Source of the DNA: an uncultured Steroidobacteraceae bacterium
GTDB taxonomy: Bacteria; Pseudomonadota; Gammaproteobacteria; Steroidobacterales; Steroidobacteraceae
DNA: 58,344 nucleotides
Direction: 5' to 3'
Assembly: GCA_964649205.1 (NCBI GenBank)
Contig: CAZYPM010000001.1
Location: 1 to 58,344, forward strand
Part shown: positions 30,693 to 44,036 of the stretch, piece after piece
Numbering within the stretch: the stretch's first letter is position 1
Layout: each line of letters begins with the position of its first letter
The notes under the pieces: model-generated
Databases searched by the model: none
The model's input: only the letters and a program-made list of their open reading frames with translations
Told to the model about the DNA's origin: nothing
Program-made: the position numbers and the translations under genes

Positions 30693-30712
30693 GGGGAGTA
30701 AGATAGCATTCC

Positions 30713-31708
30713 GTGAACGCCGTGCCCGAACCTGCCCCCCTGCCGGGCTTCGCCGACGTCCAGGCGGCCGCGCTGCGCCTCGCGGGCGTGGCGCTGCGCA
30801 CGCCGCTGCTCGCCGGCACGCCGCTCGACGAGCTGACGGGCGGGCGCGTGCTGTTGAAGCTCGAGTCCCTGCAGCGCCATGGCTCGTTCAAGATCCGCGG
30901 CGCCTACAACCGGCTGGCGCAGCTGTCGGCGGCCGAGCGCAGGGCCGGCGTGGTCGCCTTCTCCTCCGGGAACCATGCGCAGGGCGTGGCCGGCGCCGCG
31001 AAGATGCTCGGTATCCGCGCGACCATCGTGATGCCGGCCGACGCGCCGCGCCTGAAGCTCGAGAACACCAGGGCGCTCGGCGCCGAGGTCGTGCTCTACG
31101 ACCGCTACCGGGAGGACCGCGAAGGCGTCGCCGCCCGCGTGCTCGCCGAGCGCGGCGGCACGCTGGTGCCCGCTTTCGACGACCCGCAGGTGGTCGCGGG
31201 CCAGGGCAGCTGCGGGCTGGAGCTGATGCAGCAGTCGGAGGAACTCGGGTCCACGCCCGACCAGGTGCTGATCGGCGCGAGCGGCGGCGGCCTCGTGAGC
31301 GGCTCTGCGCTCGCGATCCGCTCGCTGTCCCGGGCGACCGAAGTCTATGCGGTCGAGCCGGAGGCCTTCGACGACATCCGCCGTTCGCTGGCCGCCGGCC
31401 GCCGGCTGACGAACCCGCCGGATGCGCGCACGATCTGCGATGCGCTGATGTCCTCGCCCTGCGGCGCGATTCCCTTCGCGCTCATGCGCCGCCACCTGGC
31501 CGGCGCCGTCGCCGTCAGCGACGACGAGGTGTTCGCGGCCATGGCCTACGCGTTCCGCGTGCTCAAGCTCGTGATCGAGCCGGGTGGCGCGGTCGCACTC
31601 GCCGCCGTGCTCGCCGGCAAGCTGCCGCTCGCCGGGCGCACGACCGCGATCGTGGTCACGGGCGGCAACGTCGATCCCGAGACGTTCTGCCGCGCGCTAG
31701 GTCGGTAG
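30713..31708 (+). CDS. PLP-dependent threonine/serine dehydratase (threo-3-hydroxyaspartate ammonia-lyase-like)
   Basis: 331 aa from GTG 30713. ESLQRHGSFKIRGAYN (PLP lysine), AFSSGNHAQG, GASGGGL. Confidence 0.85.
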   Translation: MNAVPEPAPLPGFADVQAAALRLAGVALRTPLLAGTPLDELTGGRVLLKLESLQRHGSFKIRGAYNRLAQLSAAERRAGVVAFSSGNHAQGVAGAAKMLGIRATIVMPADAPRLKLENTRALGAEVVLYDRYREDREGVAARVLAERGGTLVPAFDDPQVVAGQGSCGLELMQQSEELGSTPDQVLIGASGGGLVSGSALAIRSLSRATEVYAVEPEAFDDIRRSLAAGRRLTNPPDARTICDALMSSPCGAIPFALMRRHLAGAVAVSDDEVFAAMAYAFRVLKLVIEPGGAVALAAVLAGKLPLAGRTTAIVVTGGNVDPETFCRALGR

Positions 31709-32302
31709 CGTTTCCTCGAGGAAGCGCACCCGGCCGGTTTCCAGCTCGTACCAGGCGCCGACGACCACCAGGCCATCGCGACCGATCAGCCCTTCGATGG
31801 TGCGCGAGCCATGTCGCAACTGCTGCACCGAGGCCAGGATGTTGGCGTGCATCGCCTGGTGTTCGTCGCTGATGCCGGTCACGGCCGGGCGGATGCGATC
31901 GACGATGTCCTTGAGGTTGGGCGACTGGTTTGCGGATGGCCGGCGCATCTCCTCGAGCGTCGCGGCGATCGCGCCGCAGGAGGAATGGCCCATCACCACC
32001 ACCAGCCGCGTGCCGAAGCGGTCCGCGGCAAACTCCACGCTGCCGATCAGCGACGGCGCCACGATGTTGCCCGCGACGCGGATCACGAACAGGTCGCCCG
32101 GGCCCTGGTCGAAGACGATCTCGACCGGCACGCGCGAATCCGAGCAGCCGAGCACGATCGCGAACGGCTCCTGCGCGACGGCCAGCGCCGCGCGCCGCTC
32201 GGCGGACAGCAGCGACCCGGGACTCCGGACGTTCGCCGCGAAACGCGCGTTGCCTTCGCGCAGGCGCTGGAGCGCGTCGGCCGCCTTGACGCCGCGGCTC
32301 AT
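31697..32302 (-). CDS. Beta-class carbonic anhydrase
   Basis: 201 aa. LGCSDSRVPVE and VMGHSSCGA zinc-ligand motifs. Confidence 0.9.
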   Translation of the reverse strand: MSRGVKAADALQRLREGNARFAANVRSPGSLLSAERRAALAVAQEPFAIVLGCSDSRVPVEIVFDQGPGDLFVIRVAGNIVAPSLIGSVEFAADRFGTRLVVVMGHSSCGAIAATLEEMRRPSANQSPNLKDIVDRIRPAVTGISDEHQAMHANILASVQQLRHGSRTIEGLIGRDGLVVVGAWYELETGRVRFLEETLPT

Positions 32303-32949
32303 GGACCGATCTCCCTGCGCAGCTGCCCCAGGAACGCCTGCATGAACTCGGTGCGCCGGGCGGCCTCGCGCCGGCCGGCTGCCGTCTGCATCGTATCGGC
32401 AAGCTTCAACAGCTTGGTGTAGAAGTGGTCCACGGACGCGCCGCGGTCATCGGGCGTGCGGCGCTCGCAGAAGGGGTCCTCCGGCTGGTACAGCGGCCGG
32501 CCCAGCGCCGCACCCACGGCGATGGCGCGCGCCGTGCCGATGGCGCCCAGCGCGTCCAGCCGGTCCGCGTCCTGCACCACCTTCGCCTCGACCGTGCGCG
32601 GCGTGATGCCGGCGGACCAGCTGTGCGCTTCGATCGCATGCGCGATCCCGTCGAGGAACTCCTGCGCATAGCCCGCGCCCTTCAGGAACCGCACCGCGTG
32701 TTCGGCCGCGAGCCGCGACGCGCGCGGCCGCTCCGGCGAGTCCTTGGGGACGTTGACGCAGTCGTGCAGCCAGGCGGCCGGCAGCACCACTTCCAGGCGT
32801 GCGCCCTCCTCCTTCGCGAGCTGCAGCGCCGTCGCGACCACGCGCTTCAGGTGCACGACGCCGTGCCCCGGATCCGGGTCGGGATGCCCGTCGAGAAAGG
32901 CGATGAATCGTGGCTCCCAATCCTGCCGCAGGCGCTCGAGTGCGGTCAT
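32299..32949 (-). CDS. HD-domain phosphohydrolase
   Basis: 216-aa tail of ORF 32299..33354(-). VVHLKRV...AAWLHDCVNV...QDADRLDALGAIG. ATGA overlaps at both ends. Confidence 0.8.
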   Translation of the reverse strand: MTALERLRQDWEPRFIAFLDGHPDPDPGHGVVHLKRVVATALQLAKEEGARLEVVLPAAWLHDCVNVPKDSPERPRASRLAAEHAVRFLKGAGYAQEFLDGIAHAIEAHSWSAGITPRTVEAKVVQDADRLDALGAIGTARAIAVGAALGRPLYQPEDPFCERRTPDDRGASVDHFYTKLLKLADTMQTAAGRREAARRTEFMQAFLGQLRREIGP

Positions 32950-33332
32950 TTCGCCTTCCTTGCCGTCGCGGTCCTCACGCGCGGCCGCGCCGGCCTGCGC
33001 ACGGCCCTCGCTTTCAGCGCGACCGCGAGCGCCTCGCGCGCCCAGAGCGCGAGTGCATCCGCGTCCTCCAGCACCTCGGCGGGGACTTCCCAGTATCCCA
33101 TCTGCAGGTCGGGCCGGTCGGGATACGGACAGAACGGGCGTGAGCCCGCGCTCCGGAAGCGTGGCCGGTTCGAGTCGTCGGTCTTGAAGTACAGGGTATC
33201 GTCGTCGATCAGCGCGAAGAACAGGCCGTCGAGGTAGAGCCCGACGCCGCCGAACATGCCGCGCGAAGTCACGCGCCCGGCCGGCGCGAGCTGCTCGAGG
33301 ACGAAGTCGCGGAAGTCGTCGCTCACGCTCAT
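32946..33332 (-). CDS. TfoX N-terminal-domain family protein
   Basis: 128 aa. RGMFGGVGLYLDGLFFALIDDDTLYFKTDD...GYWEVPAEVLEDADAL, with a basic C-terminal tail. Confidence 0.8.
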   Translation of the reverse strand: MSVSDDFRDFVLEQLAPAGRVTSRGMFGGVGLYLDGLFFALIDDDTLYFKTDDSNRPRFRSAGSRPFCPYPDRPDLQMGYWEVPAEVLEDADALALWAREALAVALKARAVRRPARPRVRTATARKAK

Positions 33333-33769
33333 CGCCCGCCCCCAAGCGCGGCATGCAGCGCGTCGCGGAGCCCGCGGTGCGCCTCCGTATCGAAGGCCGG
33401 CGCCTTGCTCCAGTCGTAGCTCCAGGGATGCGCGGTCACCTGCGGCGCCGGCTCGTCGTGGTAGCGCGGAATGACGTGCGCGTGCAGCGCCGGGTCCTGG
33501 TTGCCGAGGATCGCGTAGTTGATGCGCACGGCATGCGTCACCGCGAGCACCGCGTCGCCGAGCGCGGCCATGTCGGCCAGGAAAGCGGCACGATCCGCGC
33601 CCGCGAGGTCATTGAGCGCCGGCACCACCGGGTCCGGCAGCAGCAGGCAGTAGCCGGGCAGCACCTGGCGTTCGCCGAGGACCGCCCAGCCCGAGCGCAG
33701 GCGCGCCACGAAGGTCGGGTCGGTCCCGGCGCGCAGCGCGTCCACGCGGCGATGGATGGCGGTCGTCAC
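33329..33769 (-). CDS. HIT-family nucleotide hydrolase/transferase-like protein
   Basis: Tail of ORF 33329..34012(-) from GTG 33769. Histidine-triad-like ALHAHVIPRY, with Ala at the first His position. GTGA overlap with the upstream gene. Confidence 0.65.
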   Translation of the reverse strand: MTTAIHRRVDALRAGTDPTFVARLRSGWAVLGERQVLPGYCLLLPDPVVPALNDLAGADRAAFLADMAALGDAVLAVTHAVRINYAILGNQDPALHAHVIPRYHDEPAPQVTAHPWSYDWSKAPAFDTEAHRGLRDALHAALGGGR

Positions 33770-34113
33770 GACTCGCGGAAGATGAAGTACACCGCGCCCG
33801 TCAGGCACAGCGCGGCCCAGAGGTAATCGAGCTTCAGGCCCTGGCGCATGTAGAACACGACGAAGGGCGCGAACACCAGCAGCGTGATCACCTCCTGCAG
33901 GATCTTGAGCTGCGGCAAGGTCATGACCGTGAAGCCGATGCGGTTGCCGGGCACCTGGAACAGGTACTCGACCAGCGCGATGCCCCAGGAGACGAGGGCT
34001 GCGAGGTACCACGGCTTGTGGTTCAGCTCCTTCAGGTGCGCGTACCAGGCGAAGGTCATGAACACGTTCGACAGGATCAGCAGGCCGGTGGCCTGCCAGA
34101 ATGCCGCGGGCAT
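33766..34113 (-). CDS. DUF486 / small DMT-superfamily membrane protein
   Basis: 115-aa tail of ORF 33766..34422(-). LSNVFMTFAWYAHLK...SWGIALVEYLFQVPGNRIG...LPQLKILQEVITLLVF. Confidence 0.8.
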   Translation of the reverse strand: MPAAFWQATGLLILSNVFMTFAWYAHLKELNHKPWYLAALVSWGIALVEYLFQVPGNRIGFTVMTLPQLKILQEVITLLVFAPFVVFYMRQGLKLDYLWAALCLTGAVYFIFRES

Positions 34114-34124
34114 GCAGTCCTCCC

Positions 34125-35279
34125 CTATCCGCTGCGCGCCACGTTCACGGCCAGCACCCGGGCGCGCGGGAAGAAGTTGAAGTCGGTCGCGGTCGCGATG
34201 GTGTAGGCGCCGATCTGGCGTGCGACCACGAGGTCCCCGATGTCCAGCTCCGGCAGCAGGATGTCCTCGGAGACGACGTCGATGCTGTCGCAGGTGGGGC
34301 CCGCGACCACGCAATGCTCCCGCTTGCCGTCGTGCGGCAACACGGGCTCGACCGGGAACCGCGAGTGGTCGTACAGCTGGCCGCTGAACGTGCCGTACAG
34401 CCCGTCGTCGAGGTAGTACCACCAGCGGTCACCCCGCTTCGCGCGGCCCATGACGGTCGCCAGCCCGATCGCAGCCGGCCCGCAGATGAAGCGCCCCGGT
34501 TCCGCGATGACGCGTATCGTCGCCGGCAGCCGCGCGAGCGCCTCGCGGATGGGCGCGCAGAATTCATCGATCGGGGCAGCCGGCTCCAGGTAGTCGATCG
34601 GGAAGCCGCCGCCGATGTCCAGCACCTCGAACGGGCCCAGCCCGCGGCGACCGGTCCCGGTCATCAGCCGGGCGCAGGTTTCGATCGCCTCCACGTACTT
34701 GTCGGCGCGCGCGACCTGCGACCCGACGTGGAACGAGAAACCCGCAACCCGGATGCCGGCCCGGGCCGCGCGCTTCGCGAGCTCGAGCGCGGCCTCCGAG
34801 TCGCAGCCGAACTTGCGCGACAGGTCCACGATCGCCTCGGGGCTCCTGAAGGAGAGCCGCAACAGCAGCCGTACGCGATCGCGGTAAGAGACGAACTTGT
34901 CGATCTCGTCCGGGTTGTCGGCGACGAAGGTGGTCACGCCGTACTCGAGCGTGTGGCGGATGTCGGCATCGCGCTTGATCGGGTGCGTGTGGATGCAGCG
35001 CTCGGGCGGGATCCCCGCCTTGCGCACCAGGTCCACCTCGCCGTTGGTGGCGAGGTCGAACCAGGAACCTTCCTTGGCCAGCACCTTGACCACGGTCCGG
35101 TCGGGCAGCGGCTTCAGCGCGTAGTGCAGGTCCACGCCCGGCAGTGCCGCGGCCAGCGCGCGGTACTGGCGGCGGATCAGGTCGCAATCGATCACGAACA
35201 GCGGCGAGCCGAATTTCCCGACCAGCGCCGAAAGCGCCGCCGGCGTGTAAGGGGACGGGAGCCGCAGGTTGGTGTTCAT
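34125..35279 (-). CDS. Ornithine (or Lys/Orn) decarboxylase, fold-III (alanine-racemase-type) PLP enzyme
   Basis: 384 aa. HYALKPLP (PLP lysine), FHVGSQ, LDIGGGFP, VAGPTCDSID. Confidence 0.85.
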   Translation of the reverse strand: MNTNLRLPSPYTPAALSALVGKFGSPLFVIDCDLIRRQYRALAAALPGVDLHYALKPLPDRTVVKVLAKEGSWFDLATNGEVDLVRKAGIPPERCIHTHPIKRDADIRHTLEYGVTTFVADNPDEIDKFVSYRDRVRLLLRLSFRSPEAIVDLSRKFGCDSEAALELAKRAARAGIRVAGFSFHVGSQVARADKYVEAIETCARLMTGTGRRGLGPFEVLDIGGGFPIDYLEPAAPIDEFCAPIREALARLPATIRVIAEPGRFICGPAAIGLATVMGRAKRGDRWWYYLDDGLYGTFSGQLYDHSRFPVEPVLPHDGKREHCVVAGPTCDSIDVVSEDILLPELDIGDLVVARQIGAYTIATATDFNFFPRARVLAVNVARSG

Positions 35280-35289
35280 GGAGGTCGTG

Positions 35290-36552
35290 TCAGTCTAGCA
35301 GCGGATCGACGAGCGCCAGCAGCCGGTCGATGGCGCCGCGGTTGGCATCCAGGACGGCCCGGCCGGCCTCTCCCATGCGGATGCGAAGCGACGCATCGTC
35401 GAGCAGCTTCGAGACGCCGTCGGCCAGCTCGCCGGTGCCGGCGACGACGCGGGCGGCGCCCGCCTCGATGAACAGGTCCGCGATCTCCTGGCTGTTGAAA
35501 TTGTGCGGCCCGGTCAGCACCGGCCTGCCGAGCGAAGCAGGTTCCAGCAGGTTGTGGCCGCCGATCGGCGCCAGGCTGCCGGCCACGAAGGCCACGTCCG
35601 CCGCGGCGTAGAACATCATGAGCTCGCCCATGGTGTCGCCGAGCAGGACTTTGACGGTCGTGGTCACGGGCGCCCCGGAGGACCTGTTCAGGTACGCCTC
35701 GCCGCGCCTCGCGAGCAGCTCACGCACGGCATCGAACCGCTGCGGATGCCGCGGCACCAGGACCAGGAGCGCGTCCGGGAACCGTCCGAGCAGCTGGCGA
35801 TGGGCGTCGAGCACGAGTTCCTCCTCGCCCTCGTGCGTGCTGCCGGCGACCCAGACGGGCCGGTGAGCCGCATTCTGGCGGCGCCAGCCGAGGCCGCGCG
35901 CCTCGACGTCGGGGCGCGGCTCGAAGTCGAACTTGATGTTGCCGGTGACGTGCGTGCGCTCGGGCGCCGCGCCGATCGAGCGGAAACGGCCGGCGTCGGC
36001 CTCGCTTTGCGCGCCGATCACGATGCCGTGCGACAGCACCTCGCGGAACAGCGGCACCAGCCGGCGGTAGCGGCCGACCGAGCGCGGCGAGAGGCGCGCG
36101 CTCGCCAGCACCAGCGGCACCTTGCGCCGCCCGCACTCCGCATAGAGATTCGGCCACAGCTCGGTCTCCAGCACCATCGCGAGGCGCGGCCGCACGCGCT
36201 CGAAGAAACGCCGCACCGAACCGGGCAGGTCGAACGGCACGTAGCAGTGATACACGCGGTCGCGGTAGAGCTGGCGCGCACGCGCGGCGCCGGTCGGCGT
36301 GACGGTCGTCAGCACCAGCGCCTGGCCCGGGCGCCGCTCGAGCAGCCGCCGCACCAGCGGTTCCGCGGCCTGCACCTCGCCCACCGACACCGCGTGGATC
36401 CAGATCGGGCGGCCCGGGATGGCCGGCCCGAGGCCGAAGCGCTCGCCGATGCGCTCGCGATAGCTCGGGTCCTTCAGCCCGCGCCAGAAGTGCATCGCCA
36501 GCGCCACCGGCGCGGCGAGCAGGTAGATCAGCACGTTGTAGGCGAACCGCAT
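35290..36552 (-). CDS. waaA: 3-deoxy-D-manno-octulosonic acid (Kdo) transferase
   Basis: 420 aa. IWIHAVSVGEVQAAEPLV, LVLTTVTPTGA, VFVGGSL-type C-terminal region (VAFVAGSLAPIGGHNLLEP). Confidence 0.92.
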   Translation of the reverse strand: MRFAYNVLIYLLAAPVALAMHFWRGLKDPSYRERIGERFGLGPAIPGRPIWIHAVSVGEVQAAEPLVRRLLERRPGQALVLTTVTPTGAARARQLYRDRVYHCYVPFDLPGSVRRFFERVRPRLAMVLETELWPNLYAECGRRKVPLVLASARLSPRSVGRYRRLVPLFREVLSHGIVIGAQSEADAGRFRSIGAAPERTHVTGNIKFDFEPRPDVEARGLGWRRQNAAHRPVWVAGSTHEGEEELVLDAHRQLLGRFPDALLVLVPRHPQRFDAVRELLARRGEAYLNRSSGAPVTTTVKVLLGDTMGELMMFYAAADVAFVAGSLAPIGGHNLLEPASLGRPVLTGPHNFNSQEIADLFIEAGAARVVAGTGELADGVSKLLDDASLRIRMGEAGRAVLDANRGAIDRLLALVDPLLD

Positions 36553-36558
36553 GAAGAT

Positions 36559-37257
36559 TCAGGCGCCGTGCGCCAGGCGCAGCTGCGCGAAGCCCTCGCG
36601 CCAGGCGATGCTGCCGCCGCTGACCTTGCCGAGGCTGCGCCCGAGCCGCTCCAGCACGCGCTCGCGCCAGGCGCCCGGCTCGCGGATGCGGCCGCGGTCG
36701 AAGTCGACCACCCAGGGTCTGCCGGTGTCGTCCAGCAGGATGTTGTGCGCATTCAGGTCGGCGTGGTGCACGCCGGCGTCGTGGAACCGCCGCAGGCAAC
36801 GGCCGATGGCCTGCCAGTCGGCATCGCGCAGGTCGTCGGCGCGCACCCGCTCGGCGAGCGACCGCACTGCGGCGATGCGTTCGGTGATGAGCTCGGCGGC
36901 GTAGGTGAGGCGCCCGCGCCGGTAGCCGGCGGCCACCGGCACCGGTACCGGCAGCTGCATGCCGCACAGCTTCCACAGCAGCCGGAACTCGCCGAAGGGC
37001 CGCGTGCGCTCCTCGCCCAGGTAGAGATAGCGGTCGCGCGCGACCTGCGCGGCCCAGCCGCCGCGCAGGTAACGCCGCAGCGCCCAGTGGCGCGGGCCGT
37101 CATCGATGAAGTGTATGGAGCCGCGGCCGCCTGGCCGTTCCCGGAGCGCGCCCCGGGCACGCCACGCTGCGCGGTCGAACAGCCGCCAGTCGGGAGTCTC
37201 GACGCGCTCGGGATCAAACAGGATTGCGCCGCGGTCGACTGCCACACGCTCGATCAT
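36559..37257 (-). CDS. kdkA: Kdo kinase
   Basis: 232-aa tail of ORF 36559..38442(-). WALRRYLRGG, FHDAGVHHADLNAHNILL, VVDFDRG. Adjacent to waaA. Confidence 0.85.
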   Translation of the reverse strand: MIERVAVDRGAILFDPERVETPDWRLFDRAAWRARGALRERPGGRGSIHFIDDGPRHWALRRYLRGGWAAQVARDRYLYLGEERTRPFGEFRLLWKLCGMQLPVPVPVAAGYRRGRLTYAAELITERIAAVRSLAERVRADDLRDADWQAIGRCLRRFHDAGVHHADLNAHNILLDDTGRPWVVDFDRGRIREPGAWRERVLERLGRSLGKVSGGSIAWREGFAQLRLAHGA

Positions 37258-37268
37258 CGAGCGCCAGT

Positions 37269-38621
37269 CTACAGTTCCTCGAAGCGCGCCGTGAAATGCC
37301 GGAGTACCGGCGGTTCGTGCACCATGCGCAGCCCGCGCAGCCGGTCGCGCGTCTTGGCCAGCGCCGCGCACACTTCCACGACGTAGTCCATGTGACTCTG
37401 CGTATAGACGCGCCGCGGCATGGCAAGCCGCACCAGCTCGAGCCCGGGCGGCGAGCGCTCGCCGAACATCGCCGAGCCGATCTCGACGGCCCGGACGCCG
37501 CCGATCCGGTACAGGCCGCAGACCACCGCCTGTCCCGGGAACTGTGCGCGCGGGATCTGCGGGCACAGCGCGGCGGCGTCGATGTAGATGGCGTGCCCGC
37601 CGGGCGGCTGCACGATCGGGACGTTCGCGGCCACCAGGCCCTCGCCCACGTACTCGACGCTGCGCAGGCGGTAGGCCAGGTAGTCCTCGTGCAGCACCTC
37701 CTCGAATCCCTGCGCCATCGCCTCGAGGTCGCGGCCGGCGAGGCCGCCATAGGTGATGAAGCCTTCCGTGAGGATCAGCAGGTTGCTGGCGCGGTACAGC
37801 AGCTCCGCGTCGCGCAGCAGCAGCAGCCCGCCGATGTTGACCAGGCCGTCCTTCTTGGCGCTGATGGTGGCGCCGTCCGCCAGGCCGAACATTTCGCGGA
37901 CGATGTCGCGCACCGAGCGCCCGGACTGGCCGGGCTCGCGCAGCTTGATGAACCAGGCGTTCTCCGCAAAGCGGCAGGCGTCGAGGAACAGCGGCAGCCG
38001 GTGCCGGTCGCAGACCGCCCGCACCGCGCGCAGGTTCTCGAGGCTGACCGGCTGGCCGCCGCCGCTGTTGTTGGTCACGGTCACCATCACCAGCGGGATG
38101 CGTTCGCGTCCCACCTCGGCGATCAGCCGCTCGAGCGCCGCGACGTCGAGATTGCCCTTGAAAGGATGCGGGTTCGCCGGGTCCGCGGCCTCGCGAATCG
38201 GCAGGTCCACGGCGGCCGCGCCCGAGTGCTCGACGTTGGCGCGCGTCGTGTCGAAATGCGCGTTGTTCGGGATCACCTTGCCGCGCCCGCCAACCAGCTC
38301 GAACAGGATGCGCTCGCTGGCGCGGCCCTGGTGGGTCGGCAGGATGTGCCCGAAGCCGGTCACTTCCTGGAGGCGATGCTGGAAGCGGTAGAAGCTCGGC
38401 GAGCCGGCGTAGGACTCGTCGCCGCGCATGATCCCTGCCCACTGCTCGGAGGACATCGCGCCGGTGCCGCTGTCCGTCAGCAGGTCGATGATCACGTCGT
38501 CGGAGTGCACCAGGAACAGGTTGAAGCCGGCTTCGCGCAGGATCGCCTCGCGCTGCTCGCGCGTGGTCATCCGGATCGGCTCGACCGACTTGATCCGGAA
38601 CGGCTCGATGATGGTCTTCAT
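37269..38621 (-). CDS. Beta-eliminating lyase, tryptophanase-type paralogue
   Basis: 450 aa. [54 protein letters not shown] (PLP lysine), RLAMPRRVYT, C-terminal PVLRHFTARF (His at the position of E. coli TnaA His463). Confidence 0.8.
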   Translation of the reverse strand: MKTIIEPFRIKSVEPIRMTTREQREAILREAGFNLFLVHSDDVIIDLLTDSGTGAMSSEQWAGIMRGDESYAGSPSFYRFQHRLQEVTGFGHILPTHQGRASERILFELVGGRGKVIPNNAHFDTTRANVEHSGAAAVDLPIREAADPANPHPFKGNLDVAALERLIAEVGRERIPLVMVTVTNNSGGGQPVSLENLRAVRAVCDRHRLPLFLDACRFAENAWFIKLREPGQSGRSVRDIVREMFGLADGATISAKKDGLVNIGGLLLLRDAELLYRASNLLILTEGFITYGGLAGRDLEAMAQGFEEVLHEDYLAYRLRSVEYVGEGLVAANVPIVQPPGGHAIYIDAAALCPQIPRAQFPGQAVVCGLYRIGGVRAVEIGSAMFGERSPPGLELVRLAMPRRVYTQSHMDYVVEVCAALAKTRDRLRGLRMVHEPPVLRHFTARFEEL

Positions 38622-38628
38622 CGCGCCC

Positions 38629-43136
<4,508 letters not shown>

Positions 43137-43144
43137 GCAGGACC

Positions 43145-44035
43145 TCAGCGGCGGCGGCCCGGCTTGACGACCAGCACGTCGGTGCCGAGCACCGGGATCA
43201 CCGCTTCGGCCGTGCTGCCGACGAACAGGCGCGGCAGACCGGTGCGTGCCGCCGTGCCCATGACCGTGACCGCGGGCCGCAGCGTCCTCACCAGCTTTGG
43301 CAGCACGCGCCCGGGCCGCCCGAGCACTGCATGGCCACGGAAGGCGATGCCGCGTGGGCGCGCGCGCAGTCGCGAGGCGAGCCGCTCGCGCGCGATGCGT
43401 TCCTGCCTGCGGAGGTAGCCGCGCCGTTCCACGATCCCGAGATCCAGCGGCAGCGGCGGCACTTCGTGCACGTAGGCCGCATGCGCCGGTCCGCCGAGCG
43501 TCCTGGTCCACCAGCCCGCGGCGGCCAGCACGCTGCGGTCGATCGCGCGCGCGCGCGCCGAGCGCGCACCGGCATTGAGCGCGGCCACTGCGCCGCTGCC
43601 ACCGCGCGGGGCGTCCGCATTGACGAGCAGCAGCGGCACGGACAGCGCACGCATCAGGTACCAGTCGCTCGGCAGGTACCACGGGCGGCCGCTCGGGTGG
43701 TTGGTCTTGACGACCAGCTCGCCGCCGAGCGGCACCACGTTCGTGCACAGCCACTCCGCCAGACGCCGGGTCCAGACGACGCGCAGCGAGACCTGCCTGC
43801 CATCCTCCCCGGCATGGCGCTCGAGGGCCCTGCTGCGCTCCTCGATCAGGCGCCGCGTCGCCAGCCGTCGATCCCTGGCGCCCAGCCGCGGGTTGTCCGC
43901 AACGGCCGAGTCGTAGGCGAACCCCACCAGCTCGATCGATGCGCCGGTCGCTCGCGCAATGTCCCGCGCGCGCGCCAGGGCGTGCTGCTCCGGACCCGTG
44001 TCCGCGACCACGACGATGCAACCGATGCGCTTCAT
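43145..44035 (-). CDS. Tandem universal stress protein (UspE-like, two Usp domains)
   Basis: 296 aa. MKRIGCIVVVADTG..., second domain ending VTVMGTAARTGLPRLFVGSTAEAVIPVLGTDVLVV. Confidence 0.8.
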   Translation of the reverse strand: MKRIGCIVVVADTGPEQHALARARDIARATGASIELVGFAYDSAVADNPRLGARDRRLATRRLIEERSRALERHAGEDGRQVSLRVVWTRRLAEWLCTNVVPLGGELVVKTNHPSGRPWYLPSDWYLMRALSVPLLLVNADAPRGGSGAVAALNAGARSARARAIDRSVLAAAGWWTRTLGGPAHAAYVHEVPPLPLDLGIVERRGYLRRQERIARERLASRLRARPRGIAFRGHAVLGRPGRVLPKLVRTLRPAVTVMGTAARTGLPRLFVGSTAEAVIPVLGTDVLVVKPGRRR

Positions 44036-44036
44036 G

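Noticed and set aside
30699-30712. TAAGAT/TAGCAT -10-like hexamers just upstream of the dehydratase GTG 30713, as a third leaderless candidate (also CATTAT/TATAGA before lptD at 14282-14290)
   Set aside because: The hexamers are imperfect and the spacing to the start codons (3-8 nt, or 1-13 nt for lptD) does not match the clean N6 geometry seen at 19583 and 21904.
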